64,000 bases of DNA from contig CAYOTA010000003.1 in NCBI GenBank assembly GCA_964406795.1, positions 49,252 through 113,251 of the forward strand. Direction: 5' to 3'. How positions within the stretch are numbered: the first letter of the stretch is position 1; every line of letters begins with the position of its first letter. Position numbers and translations under genes: made by a program. This document shows positions 10,527-20,097 of the stretch, piece by piece. The notes under the pieces were generated by a model, which saw only the letters and a program-made list of their open reading frames with translations, was not told the DNA's origin and searched no databases. The stretch comes from an uncultured Gammaproteobacteria bacterium. GTDB taxonomy: Bacteria; Patescibacteriota; Microgenomatia; Levybacterales; GWA1-39-11.

Positions 10527-11552
10527 TTGTATAATAGCTTTATGAACAACACTGAATTAAAAGAACGCGCAGAGATTATTCTTCAAAAGTTAAATCTTCC
10601 TGAAAAAGAAATAGAACTCAAAAAAATAGAAACAGAGAGTATGAGTCCTGACTTTTGGAAAGATACCCAAAATGCTACCTCTTTGATGAAGGAAATGGGT
10701 AATCTTCAAAAAGAATTGGAATCTGCAAGAAGGTTAAAAGAATTATTAGACTTAGGGCATTTTTCTGAATTAGAACACTTTATAAAGGATTTAGAGTTGT
10801 ATTTATATCTGGCAGGTCCTCATGATAAACAGAATGTCATTATGACCATCTCAGCGGGTCAGGGCGGAGTGGATGCTATGGATTGGACACAGATGTTGTA
10901 TAGATTGTATGTTCGCTACTGTGAGAGGCGTGGATGGAAGACTGAGGAGATAGATCTGGCAACTGGTGAGGAGGCAGGAATTAAAAAAGTGGCATTTGAA
11001 ATTAAAGGAGATTTTGCGTATGGATACTTAAAAGGCGAGCAGGGTGTGCACAGGCTTGTTAGACTATCTCCGTTTAATTCTGCAAATTTACGACAAACAT
11101 CATTTGCGCTAATTGAAGTGCTGCCTCAAATAGAAAAGGTTGAGGGACTTGAGATTAAGGACGATGATTTGGAGTGGGACTTTTTTAGAAGTGGAGGGCA
11201 TGGTGGGCAAAACGTAAATAAAGTGTCTACTGCAGTGCGGTTAACGCATAAGCCGTCAGGGATTATTGTCACATGCTCTCAGGAGCGGTATCAAAACCAA
11301 AACCGCGAGAATGCCCTAAAAATGCTGAAAGCGCGGTTATGGGTAAAGCAAGAAGAGGACCGGGCAAAGGCAGAGAAAGATATGAAAGGTGTCTACATTG
11401 CGCCATCATGGGGAAATCAAATTAGGAATTATGTGCTTCACCCATATCAATTAGTGAAAGATACAAGAACTGGTATTGAAACCGGAAACACATCAGCCGT
11501 ATTGGATGGAGACATTGATATATTCATCGAAGCCGAACTCAAAACATCATAG
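10527..11552 (+). CDS. prfB: Peptide chain release factor 2
   Basis: SPF tripeptide motif and GGQ motif ([12 protein letters not shown]) present; uninterrupted ORF (no +1 frameshift site); track start is TTG, first ATG at about 10542. Confidence 0.9.
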   Translation: MYNSFMNNTELKERAEIILQKLNLPEKEIELKKIETESMSPDFWKDTQNATSLMKEMGNLQKELESARRLKELLDLGHFSELEHFIKDLELYLYLAGPHDKQNVIMTISAGQGGVDAMDWTQMLYRLYVRYCERRGWKTEEIDLATGEEAGIKKVAFEIKGDFAYGYLKGEQGVHRLVRLSPFNSANLRQTSFALIEVLPQIEKVEGLEIKDDDLEWDFFRSGGHGGQNVNKVSTAVRLTHKPSGIIVTCSQERYQNQNRENALKMLKARLWVKQEEDRAKAEKDMKGVYIAPSWGNQIRNYVLHPYQLVKDTRTGIETGNTSAVLDGDIDIFIEAELKTS

Positions 11553-11554
11553 GT

Positions 11555-12082
11555 ATGGATATTTTGAATGTTACTATTGAAACCGAAAGATTACTTCTTG
11601 TTCCAATCTCAGTTAAGTACTCACAAGAGATTTTTAAAGAATTTACTCCTGAAATCACTCGTTTCATGTATCCCAAGTCACCAGAAAAAATTGAAGAAAC
11701 CATGGCGTATATTCTGGACAGGACGGAAAGAATGAAAAAGGGCGAAGAGATTGTTATTACAATACTTGATAAAAATACAAAAGAGTTTCTTGGAGGTTCT
11801 GGTCTTCATCATCTAAATACGCGTGTGTTGGAGTTTGGTATTTGGATCAAAAAAGATGCTCATGGACACAAATATGGACAGGAGGCTATTGCAGGGATTA
11901 AAAAATGGGCTGAAGATAATTTAGAGTTTGATTATTTTATATATCCTGCAGATAGAGAAAATATAGCAAGCAGGAAGATCGCTGAATCCTTAGGAGGCAA
12001 AGTTCATAAAGAATATAAGCAAGAAAGTTTATCCGGAACACTATTAGATGAAGTGGAGTATAGGATTGAAAAGCAAAGCTAG
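11555..12082 (+). CDS. GNAT family N-acetyltransferase (RimJ/RimL-like)
   Basis: 175 aa with acetyl-CoA-binding-like core, immediately downstream of prfB. Confidence 0.6.
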   Translation: MDILNVTIETERLLLVPISVKYSQEIFKEFTPEITRFMYPKSPEKIEETMAYILDRTERMKKGEEIVITILDKNTKEFLGGSGLHHLNTRVLEFGIWIKKDAHGHKYGQEAIAGIKKWAEDNLEFDYFIYPADRENIASRKIAESLGGKVHKEYKQESLSGTLLDEVEYRIEKQS

Positions 12083-12206
12083 AAGGGTTGTAAAAACACT
12101 TCAAATATGTTTTACTTAATCTATGGAACAGGAACAGCCTGTTGTTCGTGCATTTGACGGGAAACCTGCGCAAACGCTAGAACAACCTGGTAATGAGGGT
12201 AAGATT

Positions 12207-12593
12207 ATGAGCAAACAAGCGGTACTTATATTTATTGGAATTATTATTCTAGGAATTGGAACGGGATTTCTTTTGGCTCCTAAAAAGTCAGACGTAACTA
12301 CCGTAACAGACACCACAAAGCTTGCAAACCTCCCAAAGGGAAGTGTTTTCGGCTCTCAGGACGAAAAAGCATTCAAGGATTCAGCCGAAGGGATATTACG
12401 CGAGGGTGGGATTGAGGGTGAGGGATCTCATCGCTTGGAGCGACCTGGTGGAGAATCTCAGAATGTGTATATAACCTCATCCGTTTTGGATTTAAATCAG
12501 TTAGTAGGAAAAAAAATTAAGGTGTGGGGTCAAACAAACACCGCCCAGACAGCGGGATGGTTAATGGATGTTGGACGCGCGCAAATCCTTTAA
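12207..12593 (+). CDS. Hypothetical membrane-anchored protein
   Basis: Internal ATG preceded by GAGGGT RBS; TM helix then soluble domain; track ORF starts at 12123. Confidence 0.35.
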   Translation: MSKQAVLIFIGIIILGIGTGFLLAPKKSDVTTVTDTTKLANLPKGSVFGSQDEKAFKDSAEGILREGGIEGEGSHRLERPGGESQNVYITSSVLDLNQLVGKKIKVWGQTNTAQTAGWLMDVGRAQIL

Positions 12594-12625
12594 TTTCCCT
12601 TTTTCAAGTTTTATAAAAAAATTCC

Positions 12626-13399
12626 ATGATTTTGTTTCATGAAGTATCAAAAAAGTACGGTAATGACTATGGAGCACTGGAAAGTGTTTCATTTACTATT
12701 CCTCAGGGCGAATTTGCCTATCTAATAGGTCCTACGGGTTCAGGAAAAACAACTATTTTTAGGCTTATCATAAGGGATCTTGTGCCAACTGATGGTAACA
12801 TCATGCTGGGCGAATGGGATATAGTAAAGCTACCCCGTAAAAAAGTACCTGTTTTAAGACGTAAGGTGGGAGTTATTTTCCAGGATTTAAAACTTTTATT
12901 TGATAGAACTGTATCTGAAAACGTTATGTTGCCGCTTTTGTTTTCAGGAGTAAAGGAAAAAGAGGCGCACGCACGAGCAGCAGAAGCCTTAACTGAAGTA
13001 GGGCTTGCAGAAAGCGCTGATAAATTTCCTATTCAGCTTTCAGGAGGAGAGAGGCAACGGGTAGCCATTGCTCGAGCACTTGTTTTTAGACCTGAGATAT
13101 TGTTAGCAGATGAACCTACCGGTAACTTAGATATAAAAACATCCCAACAAATTGTGGACTTGTTAAAAGCAATAAATAAAAAGGGAACCACCATTTTTAT
13201 GGCAACACACAATGAAGGACTTATAGGTGTGTCCGATAGGGTGATAAAATTAGAAAACGGAAAACTTGTGGAGGATAAAAATAAAAAGCAAGAAAAGCCT
13301 CATGCACAACCAAAAGAAGAAGACACAAAGCATTCTGAAAAATCAGAAAGTAAGAAAGAAGAAAAAGAAGAGCAAAAAAAAGAAGAAAAGGAAAAATAA
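12626..13399 (+). CDS. ftsE: Cell division ATP-binding protein FtsE with Lys/Glu-rich C-terminal tail
   Basis: Walker A GPTGSGKTT, ABC signature LSGGERQR, Walker B ILLADEP; followed by ftsX. Confidence 0.85.
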   Translation: MILFHEVSKKYGNDYGALESVSFTIPQGEFAYLIGPTGSGKTTIFRLIIRDLVPTDGNIMLGEWDIVKLPRKKVPVLRRKVGVIFQDLKLLFDRTVSENVMLPLLFSGVKEKEAHARAAEALTEVGLAESADKFPIQLSGGERQRVAIARALVFRPEILLADEPTGNLDIKTSQQIVDLLKAINKKGTTIFMATHNEGLIGVSDRVIKLENGKLVEDKNKKQEKPHAQPKEEDTKHSEKSESKKEEKEEQKKEEKEK

Positions 13400-13400
13400 T

Positions 13401-14264
13401 ATGTATCTTAAAACTGTTGCCAAATATATAAGACGCTCGCCATATCAAGCAATTTCGGCATTGCTCATTATGACGCTTACTTTTTTTGTTATAACATGTT
13501 TTGCGTTTCTGACAATAATTTCTGTTCGTCTCATAGATTATTTAGAATCTCGTCCCCAATTAACCGTGTTTTTTACAGATATAGCAACCTCTGAGGATAT
13601 TGTTGCTTTAAGATCCCAACTTGAGCAGACACAAAAAACTGTGTCAGTTAAGTATATTTCAAAAGAGGAAGCGTTGCAGATTTATCAACAGCAAAATAAA
13701 AATGATCCCATTTTACTAGATCTTGTTACAGCTGAAGTGCTTCCAGCATCTCTTGAAATCCAAACCTTACAAGCGGAAGACCTTTCCTCACTCGTCCCTA
13801 TTGTGAAAGATGCTCCCAGCGTTGAAGAGATTGTATACCAACAAGATATAGTAGATAAGCTTATTGCCTGGACAAATGGTTTGCGTATTGCAGGAGTTGG
13901 CATTATTTCGATTCTTATTGTAGTATCTATCTTTGTAATACTTACGATAATTGGAATTAAGATTACGATTAGGCGTGAGGAAATTGAAATAATGAAGCTT
14001 ATAGGAGCTTCAAATTGGTTTATAAGAACTCCGTTTTTACTTGAAGGAATGTTCTATGGATTTACGGGAGCACTCTTAGGATGGGCATTTTCATATGGAA
14101 TACTAGTTTTTTTGACTCCGCAAATCTCTTCTTTTCTCCAGGGGATGCCAGTATTCCCTATTTCGTATATTTTAGTTTTGGAAGTTTTGGGAGTACAGCT
14201 TATTGTCGCATGTATGCTAGGTGCATTTGCAAGTTTCATGGCAGTTTTGCGCTACCTTAAGTAA
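13401..14264 (+). CDS. ftsX: Cell division permease FtsX
   Basis: ATG 2 nt after ftsE stop; 4 TM helices with large periplasmic loop; track ORF 13266..14264 extended upstream in same frame through ftsE tail. Confidence 0.8.
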   Translation: MYLKTVAKYIRRSPYQAISALLIMTLTFFVITCFAFLTIISVRLIDYLESRPQLTVFFTDIATSEDIVALRSQLEQTQKTVSVKYISKEEALQIYQQQNKNDPILLDLVTAEVLPASLEIQTLQAEDLSSLVPIVKDAPSVEEIVYQQDIVDKLIAWTNGLRIAGVGIISILIVVSIFVILTIIGIKITIRREEIEIMKLIGASNWFIRTPFLLEGMFYGFTGALLGWAFSYGILVFLTPQISSFLQGMPVFPISYILVLEVLGVQLIVACMLGAFASFMAVLRYLK

Positions 14265-15499
14265 TGAAAAAATTTTTGTATGCAATCTTCTTTATTATTC
14301 TTCTAACCTTTGTTATACGACAAAGCGCTGGTATTGTGTATGCACAGGAGCAAACCGGAACACCTACCCCTACACCCACACAAGGAGTAGATAATTCAAA
14401 GCTAAACAGCCTACAAAGTCAGATTAATGAGTATCAAACCAAAGTAGTTGAGCTGCAGGGGCAGGCAAAGACTCTAAACTCCCAAATCCAGATAATGGAT
14501 AATCAGATAAAATTAACAGAATTAAAAATTGATGAGGCACGGGAGCGTTTATTAGAGATCACTGATAATATTGAAGCAGCTCAAAATAGAATTGGAGGTT
14601 TGGAGCAAGACATATCAGTTTCAGCAAAGGCGCTTATTGGCCGCATAAATGCCACCTATCAGGTGGGACGTATTGATCCATGGCAAGTTTTTCTAACGTC
14701 AGATAACATTTCCAATTTTTTAACTCGTCTTACCTATCTACGAGTAGTTCAGGCATATGATAAGAAAACGATTTATGCTGCCCAACAATCTAAAGAAAAT
14801 TATGAACGGGAAAAAACATTACTTGAAGATAAACAAGCAGAGGAAGAAACTGTGCGTGCTGAGTTAGAAGGTTATGGTACAAAATTAGAGCAAGAAAAAA
14901 AGCTAAAGGATGAGCTGCTTTCTGTAACCAAGAATTCAGAGCGTGAATACCAAAAGAGACTTTCCGACGCTATGCGGGAGCTGCAGCAGATCCAAAAAGC
15001 AGCACAAGTTCTTATTTCAACTGAACCACGGGATGTAAAACGAGGAGAATTAATTGGGTTAATGGGAAATACTGGTTATTCATTTGGGGCACATTTACAT
15101 TTTGGTGTTTATAATCTTACATCTCTTTCAGATTATAATTATTATGCCGGTCATGAAAATCCAGCTAATGTGCTAGAGAACAAATCGGTCAACTGGAAAA
15201 CTGGGTGTTTAGGAGACCCTTCCGGAATGTCAAACACGGGAAGTGGGGGGGTTTCTTGGCCGCTTGATACTGGAGATCTTCGTATATCACAAGGTTATGG
15301 ACAAACATGTTATAGCGATGTGTATTATAAAGGTAGGCCACATCCAGCATTTGATATGTACAACAACACTATCATTTTAATAAAAGCTGTTGACGATGGA
15401 AAAGCGTACTTTTGTAGAAATTGTACAGGTGATGGTGCAAATGGTGTATTTCTTTTTCACGCAAATGGGAAGATGACACTCTATTGGCATTTACAATAG
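14264..15499 (+). CDS. EnvC-like coiled-coil M23 (LytM) peptidase, catalytic motifs in permuted order
   Basis: Signal/TM, long coiled coil, then GNTGYSFGAHLHF (HxH motif) preceding ISQGYG...HPAFDM (HxxxD) and HANGKMTLYWHL at the C-terminus. Confidence 0.7.
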   Translation: MKKFLYAIFFIILLTFVIRQSAGIVYAQEQTGTPTPTPTQGVDNSKLNSLQSQINEYQTKVVELQGQAKTLNSQIQIMDNQIKLTELKIDEARERLLEITDNIEAAQNRIGGLEQDISVSAKALIGRINATYQVGRIDPWQVFLTSDNISNFLTRLTYLRVVQAYDKKTIYAAQQSKENYEREKTLLEDKQAEEETVRAELEGYGTKLEQEKKLKDELLSVTKNSEREYQKRLSDAMRELQQIQKAAQVLISTEPRDVKRGELIGLMGNTGYSFGAHLHFGVYNLTSLSDYNYYAGHENPANVLENKSVNWKTGCLGDPSGMSNTGSGGVSWPLDTGDLRISQGYGQTCYSDVYYKGRPHPAFDMYNNTIILIKAVDDGKAYFCRNCTGDGANGVFLFHANGKMTLYWHLQ

Positions 15500-15518
15500 T
15501 ATTGTAGTACGCTAAATA

Positions 15519-16313
15519 ATGTGTATGAGGGTGTTTCTAATTCTGTTTGCTTCCTTTGTATTTATTTCTTTTTATCCTTCACTTATTTTTGCTCGCGATA
15601 TCTCCATAACTGCTAATAAAAGTTCTTTATTTAGTGATGAAGAACTAGTTTTAACCGCCTCTGTGTCAGGATTTACTAAGGACGAGCAAGTATATATAAA
15701 AGGTGCATTTTTTCAAGAAGGGACAGCTAATTATTTTGGTTTTACGAAGTACAATAATGATTGGATTAAAAATAGTGTGTCCGCTCAGTCCCAAAGATTA
15801 ATTAAAATGAATGAGTGGGATTTTAATCTAATTGTCAAGAATGATGTGCAAGACACAGGATATAAAGGAAACGGAAGTTATAAGTTAAAACTAGGCTATT
15901 ATTATATAACATCAAGTGGGAATTTATCACCAGTAAATTGGTCAACAAACACAGTTGATATCTCGCTATCATATCCTAGTCCAACAGTAACACCCAATCC
16001 AACCTCAACGCCCGCTCCAACTAGTATCCCGTCACCTATCCCTACAAATGTACCTACATTTACGCCGATTCCCACAAATGCCGTTATAAAAGCCATAGCC
16101 CTTGAGCCGACTGGAAAAATTACAAGAGAGGTGCTTGGGATGCAGAGCAAAAACGATGATTTAAAGAAGCCAACTCCTACAGCAGAAGTAGAAACTTCAG
16201 GCAAATTTGTATTGCCGTCACCTTTTTTTCTTTTAGGTATCTCTGTAATTATTACAGGATGTGTTATACTACTTTTTCGCGAATGGAAAAAACAAAAAGA
16301 ATTTGATATATGA
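15519..16313 (+). CDS. Hypothetical cell-surface protein with Pro/Thr-rich linker and C-terminal TM anchor
   Basis: N-terminal signal-like hydrophobic segment, PT-rich low-complexity stretch, C-terminal TM helix plus basic tail. Confidence 0.4.
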   Translation: MCMRVFLILFASFVFISFYPSLIFARDISITANKSSLFSDEELVLTASVSGFTKDEQVYIKGAFFQEGTANYFGFTKYNNDWIKNSVSAQSQRLIKMNEWDFNLIVKNDVQDTGYKGNGSYKLKLGYYYITSSGNLSPVNWSTNTVDISLSYPSPTVTPNPTSTPAPTSIPSPIPTNVPTFTPIPTNAVIKAIALEPTGKITREVLGMQSKNDDLKKPTPTAEVETSGKFVLPSPFFLLGISVIITGCVILLFREWKKQKEFDI

Positions 16314-16723
16314 AAAAAACAATACATTCTAAATCAGAAAAAGATACTAAAGACGCAGGATATAATCTTGCAAAAGAGTTAAAAAAAGGAGACATTGTAC
16401 TACTCTACGGTGATTTAGGATTTGGGAAAACAACATTTGTCAAAGGGGTTGCGCGTGGTCTTACTATAAAAAACAGAATTATTTCACCCACATTTACAAT
16501 TATAAGAGAGCATAAGAATCTGTACCACATAGATTTGTATAGGATAGAAAGTAATGAACAAATAAAAGCGTTAGGGTTTAGTGAAATTATAGAAAGTGCT
16601 TTTGTGAAGCTTATTGAATGGCCAGAGAATATATATGGCTTCATGCCCAAAAAAAGAATTGATGTAAAAATTTTACTGAACAAAGATAATACTCGAACAA
16701 TTAATATAGCCAGATATGAATAA
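16310..16723 (+). CDS. tsaE: tRNA threonylcarbamoyladenosine biosynthesis protein TsaE
   Basis: P-loop GDLGFGKTTFVKG and overall YjeE pattern; 137 aa. Confidence 0.8.
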   Translation: MKKTIHSKSEKDTKDAGYNLAKELKKGDIVLLYGDLGFGKTTFVKGVARGLTIKNRIISPTFTIIREHKNLYHIDLYRIESNEQIKALGFSEIIESAFVKLIEWPENIYGFMPKKRIDVKILLNKDNTRTINIARYE

Positions 16724-17297
16724 AATTGACATAAAACATGCTGTTAAAGAATTTAAGTCCGGCAATATAGTAGTATTTCCAACAGACACTGCATATGGAA
16801 TTGGATGCAGGATGGATAATCCAGATTCTGTTGAAAAAATTTTTAAGATTAGGAATCGTGTAGAATCTAAGCCTTTGCTTATTTTGGCAAACAGTATGGA
16901 AATGGCTGAAAAATATGTTGTTCTGAATTCTCGTGTGAAAGAGTTTGTAAAAGATTATTGGCCCGGAGGAGTAACCCTGATTCTTCCTTGTGATACAGAT
17001 TTTGTTCCCGGGGTGGTGAGGGCAAATGAAAACACACTTGCCGTAAGAATTCCCAGACACGAAGCGCTTCTTGAGATAATAAAAAATATTGGGGTACCTA
17101 TAGTTGCGCCATCAGCTAACATCTCAGGAAATAAAACTCCCTATAGATTGGAAGAAGTAGAAAAAGACATACTAGATCAGGCGGATTTTGTATTGGCTGG
17201 GGAATGTACATATAAAAAAGAATCAACTATTATCGATACAGTTAGTAAGTCATGGAAAGTTGTTAGGAGTGGGGCAGTTGAAATAAAAAATCTTTAA
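16716..17297 (+). CDS. tsaC: L-threonylcarbamoyladenylate synthase TsaC/YrdC
   Basis: VVFPTDTAYGIGC and SANxSG motifs of YrdC/Sua5 domain. Confidence 0.8.
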   Translation: MNKIDIKHAVKEFKSGNIVVFPTDTAYGIGCRMDNPDSVEKIFKIRNRVESKPLLILANSMEMAEKYVVLNSRVKEFVKDYWPGGVTLILPCDTDFVPGVVRANENTLAVRIPRHEALLEIIKNIGVPIVAPSANISGNKTPYRLEEVEKDILDQADFVLAGECTYKKESTIIDTVSKSWKVVRSGAVEIKNL

Positions 17298-17302
17298 AAA
17301 TT

Positions 17303-17614
17303 ATGAACATATTTAAAATTGACACATCAGATAATTTAAGCACAACAGTAGAACTTGTAATGGACAATAAGCCATACATGCTTGTTGAAAAAAGAAAATC
17401 ACCGGGTGACCAAAATGTATTAGAGCTGATTGAAAAAATTCTTAAACAGAAGCAAATAAAACTTGAAGATATACATGATATACAGGTGAATACGGGCCCC
17501 GGTTCTTTTACGGGTTTGCGGGTGGGTGCAGCAATTGCCAACGCCCTTTCATTTGGAACCAGCATTCCTGTGAATGGTAACCTTTTAGGAAAAATTGTAA
17601 TACCTGAATACTAG
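17303..17614 (+). CDS. tsaB: TsaB-like protein, short form (N-terminal domain only)
   Basis: NTGPGSFTGLRVGAAIANAL matches TsaB/YeaZ core; only 103 aa. Confidence 0.55.
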   Translation: MNIFKIDTSDNLSTTVELVMDNKPYMLVEKRKSPGDQNVLELIEKILKQKQIKLEDIHDIQVNTGPGSFTGLRVGAAIANALSFGTSIPVNGNLLGKIVIPEY

Positions 17615-17656
17615 TTCTTGTTCTTTATTATTGTTTGTGCATAAGATAGTAGTGTT

Positions 17657-18532
17657 GTGAATTATCTTAAGCATTTATTACTACCCCATCAAACCAATAA
17701 CTTCAGAGCAAAAATATTACATCACAGTTTCTTAATTGTATTTGTAATAGGTTTTTTGTCGCTTTCTTGCGGAGTAATATTAGTAAAAAAATCTTACCCA
17801 CAGGTTTTGGGGATTTCTTATTCCATTAACGAAGCTCAGCTGCTTGAAGAAACAAATAAACAGCGTGTGATGCGTGGAGTTGAGCCATTGAGGCTGAGTT
17901 CAGCCTTAAGTCAGGCAGCTTCTCAGAAATCTAATTACATGTTTGAGAAAAACTACTGGGCACACTTTGCACCGGATGGAACAACACCCTGGTCGTTTAT
18001 TAAGTCTGCTGGATATGAATATTTATATGCTGGTGAGAATTTAGCTAAAGGCTTTACGGATTCGTCTGAAGTAGCAGATGCATGGATGAATTCACCAACA
18101 CATAGGGAAAACTTATTATCTTCAAAATATAGGGATATAGGTTTTTCAGTTCAAGAAGGGATCCTAAACGGAGAAAATACCGTAGTAGTTGTGCAATTGT
18201 TAGGTACACCATTGGGGTCGGAGCAGGGTAACAACATCAGTACCCCATTTCAACAAGTGGCGCAAGAAGCGCCCGCTGTTGCTGTGAAATCCGAGCAGGA
18301 GAGTACAGCCCCGCTAGATTCTGTTTCAAAGCCGTTTATAAATGCTCCTACAACCACCAGATCACTAAGCGTTATTTTCTTGTTCTTTATAATTACCGTT
18401 TTAATACTGGATTTAGTTATTGTGGAAAAGAAAAAACTTCCACGCATTTTGGGTCATAACTTAGATCACATCATTATTCTTACCTTATTTTTAGTTTTTA
18501 TATTCCTTGAGAAAACAGGAGGTGTTCTGTGA
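17657..18532 (+). CDS. CAP (SCP/PR-1-like) domain protein, membrane-anchored
   Basis: CAP signature region YWAHFAPDG...YAGENLAKG...HRENLL; N- and C-terminal TM helices. Confidence 0.55.
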   Translation: MNYLKHLLLPHQTNNFRAKILHHSFLIVFVIGFLSLSCGVILVKKSYPQVLGISYSINEAQLLEETNKQRVMRGVEPLRLSSALSQAASQKSNYMFEKNYWAHFAPDGTTPWSFIKSAGYEYLYAGENLAKGFTDSSEVADAWMNSPTHRENLLSSKYRDIGFSVQEGILNGENTVVVVQLLGTPLGSEQGNNISTPFQQVAQEAPAVAVKSEQESTAPLDSVSKPFINAPTTTRSLSVIFLFFIITVLILDLVIVEKKKLPRILGHNLDHIIILTLFLVFIFLEKTGGVL

Positions 18533-18783
18533 GAAAAAGCCATATAAGTTATTATCTTATTGAGGCCACAATTTTAGGTTTAGGATTTTTTGTGACATAC
18601 AGCTTGAATACGTTTAATCAACAAATTGTGGGACTTGCGGTTATAGTGGTGCTTTACAGCACTATGGGACTAATGCATCACAAGATAGATCATAACATAC
18701 ATCCAAAAATTGTGCTAGAATACATATTAATAAGCATACTTGTAGTATCGCTTTTTATATTTCTGAAAAGTAGCATTCTGTAA
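18529..18783 (+). CDS. Small integral membrane protein
   Basis: 84 aa, three hydrophobic helices, 4-nt overlap with upstream gene. Confidence 0.3.
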   Translation: MRKSHISYYLIEATILGLGFFVTYSLNTFNQQIVGLAVIVVLYSTMGLMHHKIDHNIHPKIVLEYILISILVVSLFIFLKSSIL

Positions 18784-18786
18784 AAC

Positions 18787-19509
18787 ATGAAAGGAATTAT
18801 TCTTGCTGGCGGATCCGCAACACGTCTGCGTCCCTTAACTAAAATCACTTCAAAACAGCTCCTACCGGTGTACGATAAGCCTATGATTTTTTATCCAATT
18901 GAGACTCTTGCTCGCGCAGGAATTAAGGAAATGCTTATTATAGTAGCCCCCCAATATGCAGGCCATTTTTTAAATCTTTTAGGATCAGGAAAAGATCTTG
19001 GTTTAAAATTTTCCTATGAGGTTCAGGAAGAGCCCAAAGGATTAGCTGACGCGTTTATAGTAGGTGAAAATTTTATAGGTTCTGATCCTGTAACTATGAT
19101 TTTAGGAGACAATATTTTTGAGCATGATTTTGCATCAGATATTCAAGAATTTAAACAAGGAGCCCGTATATTTGCAAAAGAAGTTCATGATCCGGAGCGA
19201 TTTGGAGTTGTTGAGTTTGATGAAAAATTTAAAGTTTTGTCAATTGTTGAAAAACCCGAACATCCAAAAAGCAATTTCGCAGCAGTTGGTATTTATATTT
19301 ACGACAACAGAGTTATTAAGTTTGCTAAAGAACTGCAACCATCTGAAAGAGGTGAAATTGAAATTGTTGATTTACACAATAAGTACTTAGAAAAAGGAGA
19401 GCTGGATGTGAGAATTATTGAAGGTATGTGGGAAGACGCTGGAACATTTGATAGTCTACTGAGAGTAAGTAACTTCATGGAAGCAAGGAAAAAAGATAAG
19501 TCCGCATAA
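18787..19509 (+). CDS. rmlA: Glucose-1-phosphate thymidylyltransferase (short form)
   Basis: N-terminal GIILAGGSATRLRPLT nucleotidyltransferase motif; followed by rmlB/rmlD. Confidence 0.8.
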   Translation: MKGIILAGGSATRLRPLTKITSKQLLPVYDKPMIFYPIETLARAGIKEMLIIVAPQYAGHFLNLLGSGKDLGLKFSYEVQEEPKGLADAFIVGENFIGSDPVTMILGDNIFEHDFASDIQEFKQGARIFAKEVHDPERFGVVEFDEKFKVLSIVEKPEHPKSNFAAVGIYIYDNRVIKFAKELQPSERGEIEIVDLHNKYLEKGELDVRIIEGMWEDAGTFDSLLRVSNFMEARKKDKSA

Positions 19510-19514
19510 ACACA

Positions 19515-20000
19515 ATGATACAATGTATTCTTGAAAATAATGCTAAGGTATCATTTCGTCATGTTACTGTGGGTGCTATCGTTATCAACGTGAACAAAGA
19601 AGTGCTCATGGTAAAACGCGCAAAGCATCTAACAAATGGGGGTAAGTATGCACTTCCAGGTGGATTTCTGGACCGCGATGAGACTACAACAGAAGCTGCA
19701 TTGCGAGAATTAAAAGAAGAGACTGGGTATGAAGGCAAGATAACGTCATTATTCCAGGTTATTGATACTCCTCAAAGGCCCAAAGAAGACAGACAAAATG
19801 TAGAATTTAAATATATCATTGATTTGACAGGAGGACAAAAAATAGATAATAATGAAGTCGAAAGTATTGACTGGATATCTTTAGATAATCTACCAAATGA
19901 AAATGATTGTGCATTTGATCATTTAGAAAGTATTCATCTATTTAAAAAATATTTAGAAAAACCGTTTCCACTTCCGGTAATGAATTGGAAAACAGTATGA
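19515..20000 (+). CDS. NUDIX hydrolase
   Basis: Nudix box GGFLDRDETTTEAALRELKEETG. Confidence 0.7.
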   Translation: MIQCILENNAKVSFRHVTVGAIVINVNKEVLMVKRAKHLTNGGKYALPGGFLDRDETTTEAALRELKEETGYEGKITSLFQVIDTPQRPKEDRQNVEFKYIIDLTGGQKIDNNEVESIDWISLDNLPNENDCAFDHLESIHLFKKYLEKPFPLPVMNWKTV

Positions 20001-20028
20001 AAATTTTAGTAACAGGTGGCGCAGGATT
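19996..20028 (+). repeat. 33-bp direct repeat copy 1 (duplicate of rmlB 5' end, encodes MKILVTGGAGF then stop)
   Basis: tatgaaaattttagtaacaggtggcgcaggatt occurs at 19996-20028 and again at 20098-20130. Confidence 0.8.
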
Positions 20029-20097
20029 CTAGGAACGAAGCCAGAATGGCGAGTACCGCAAATCCGTGTGTAAGAGTCAGTGGGCAGATTAATTTAT

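Noticed and set aside
10346-10552. Minus-strand 68-aa ORF across the prfB upstream region
   Set aside because: Overlaps the hairpin-rich intergenic region and the prfB start; no RBS; more likely noncoding structured DNA/RNA.
10527-11552. Looked for the programmed +1 frameshift typical of prfB
   Set aside because: ORF is continuous from the start with no CUU-UGA-type shift site; RF2 is encoded in a single frame here.
13266-13400. Upstream extension of the ftsX ORF in the track
   Set aside because: In-frame read-through of ftsE's Lys-rich tail region; the ATG at 13401 right after the ftsE stop, followed by the FtsX N-terminus, is the plausible start.
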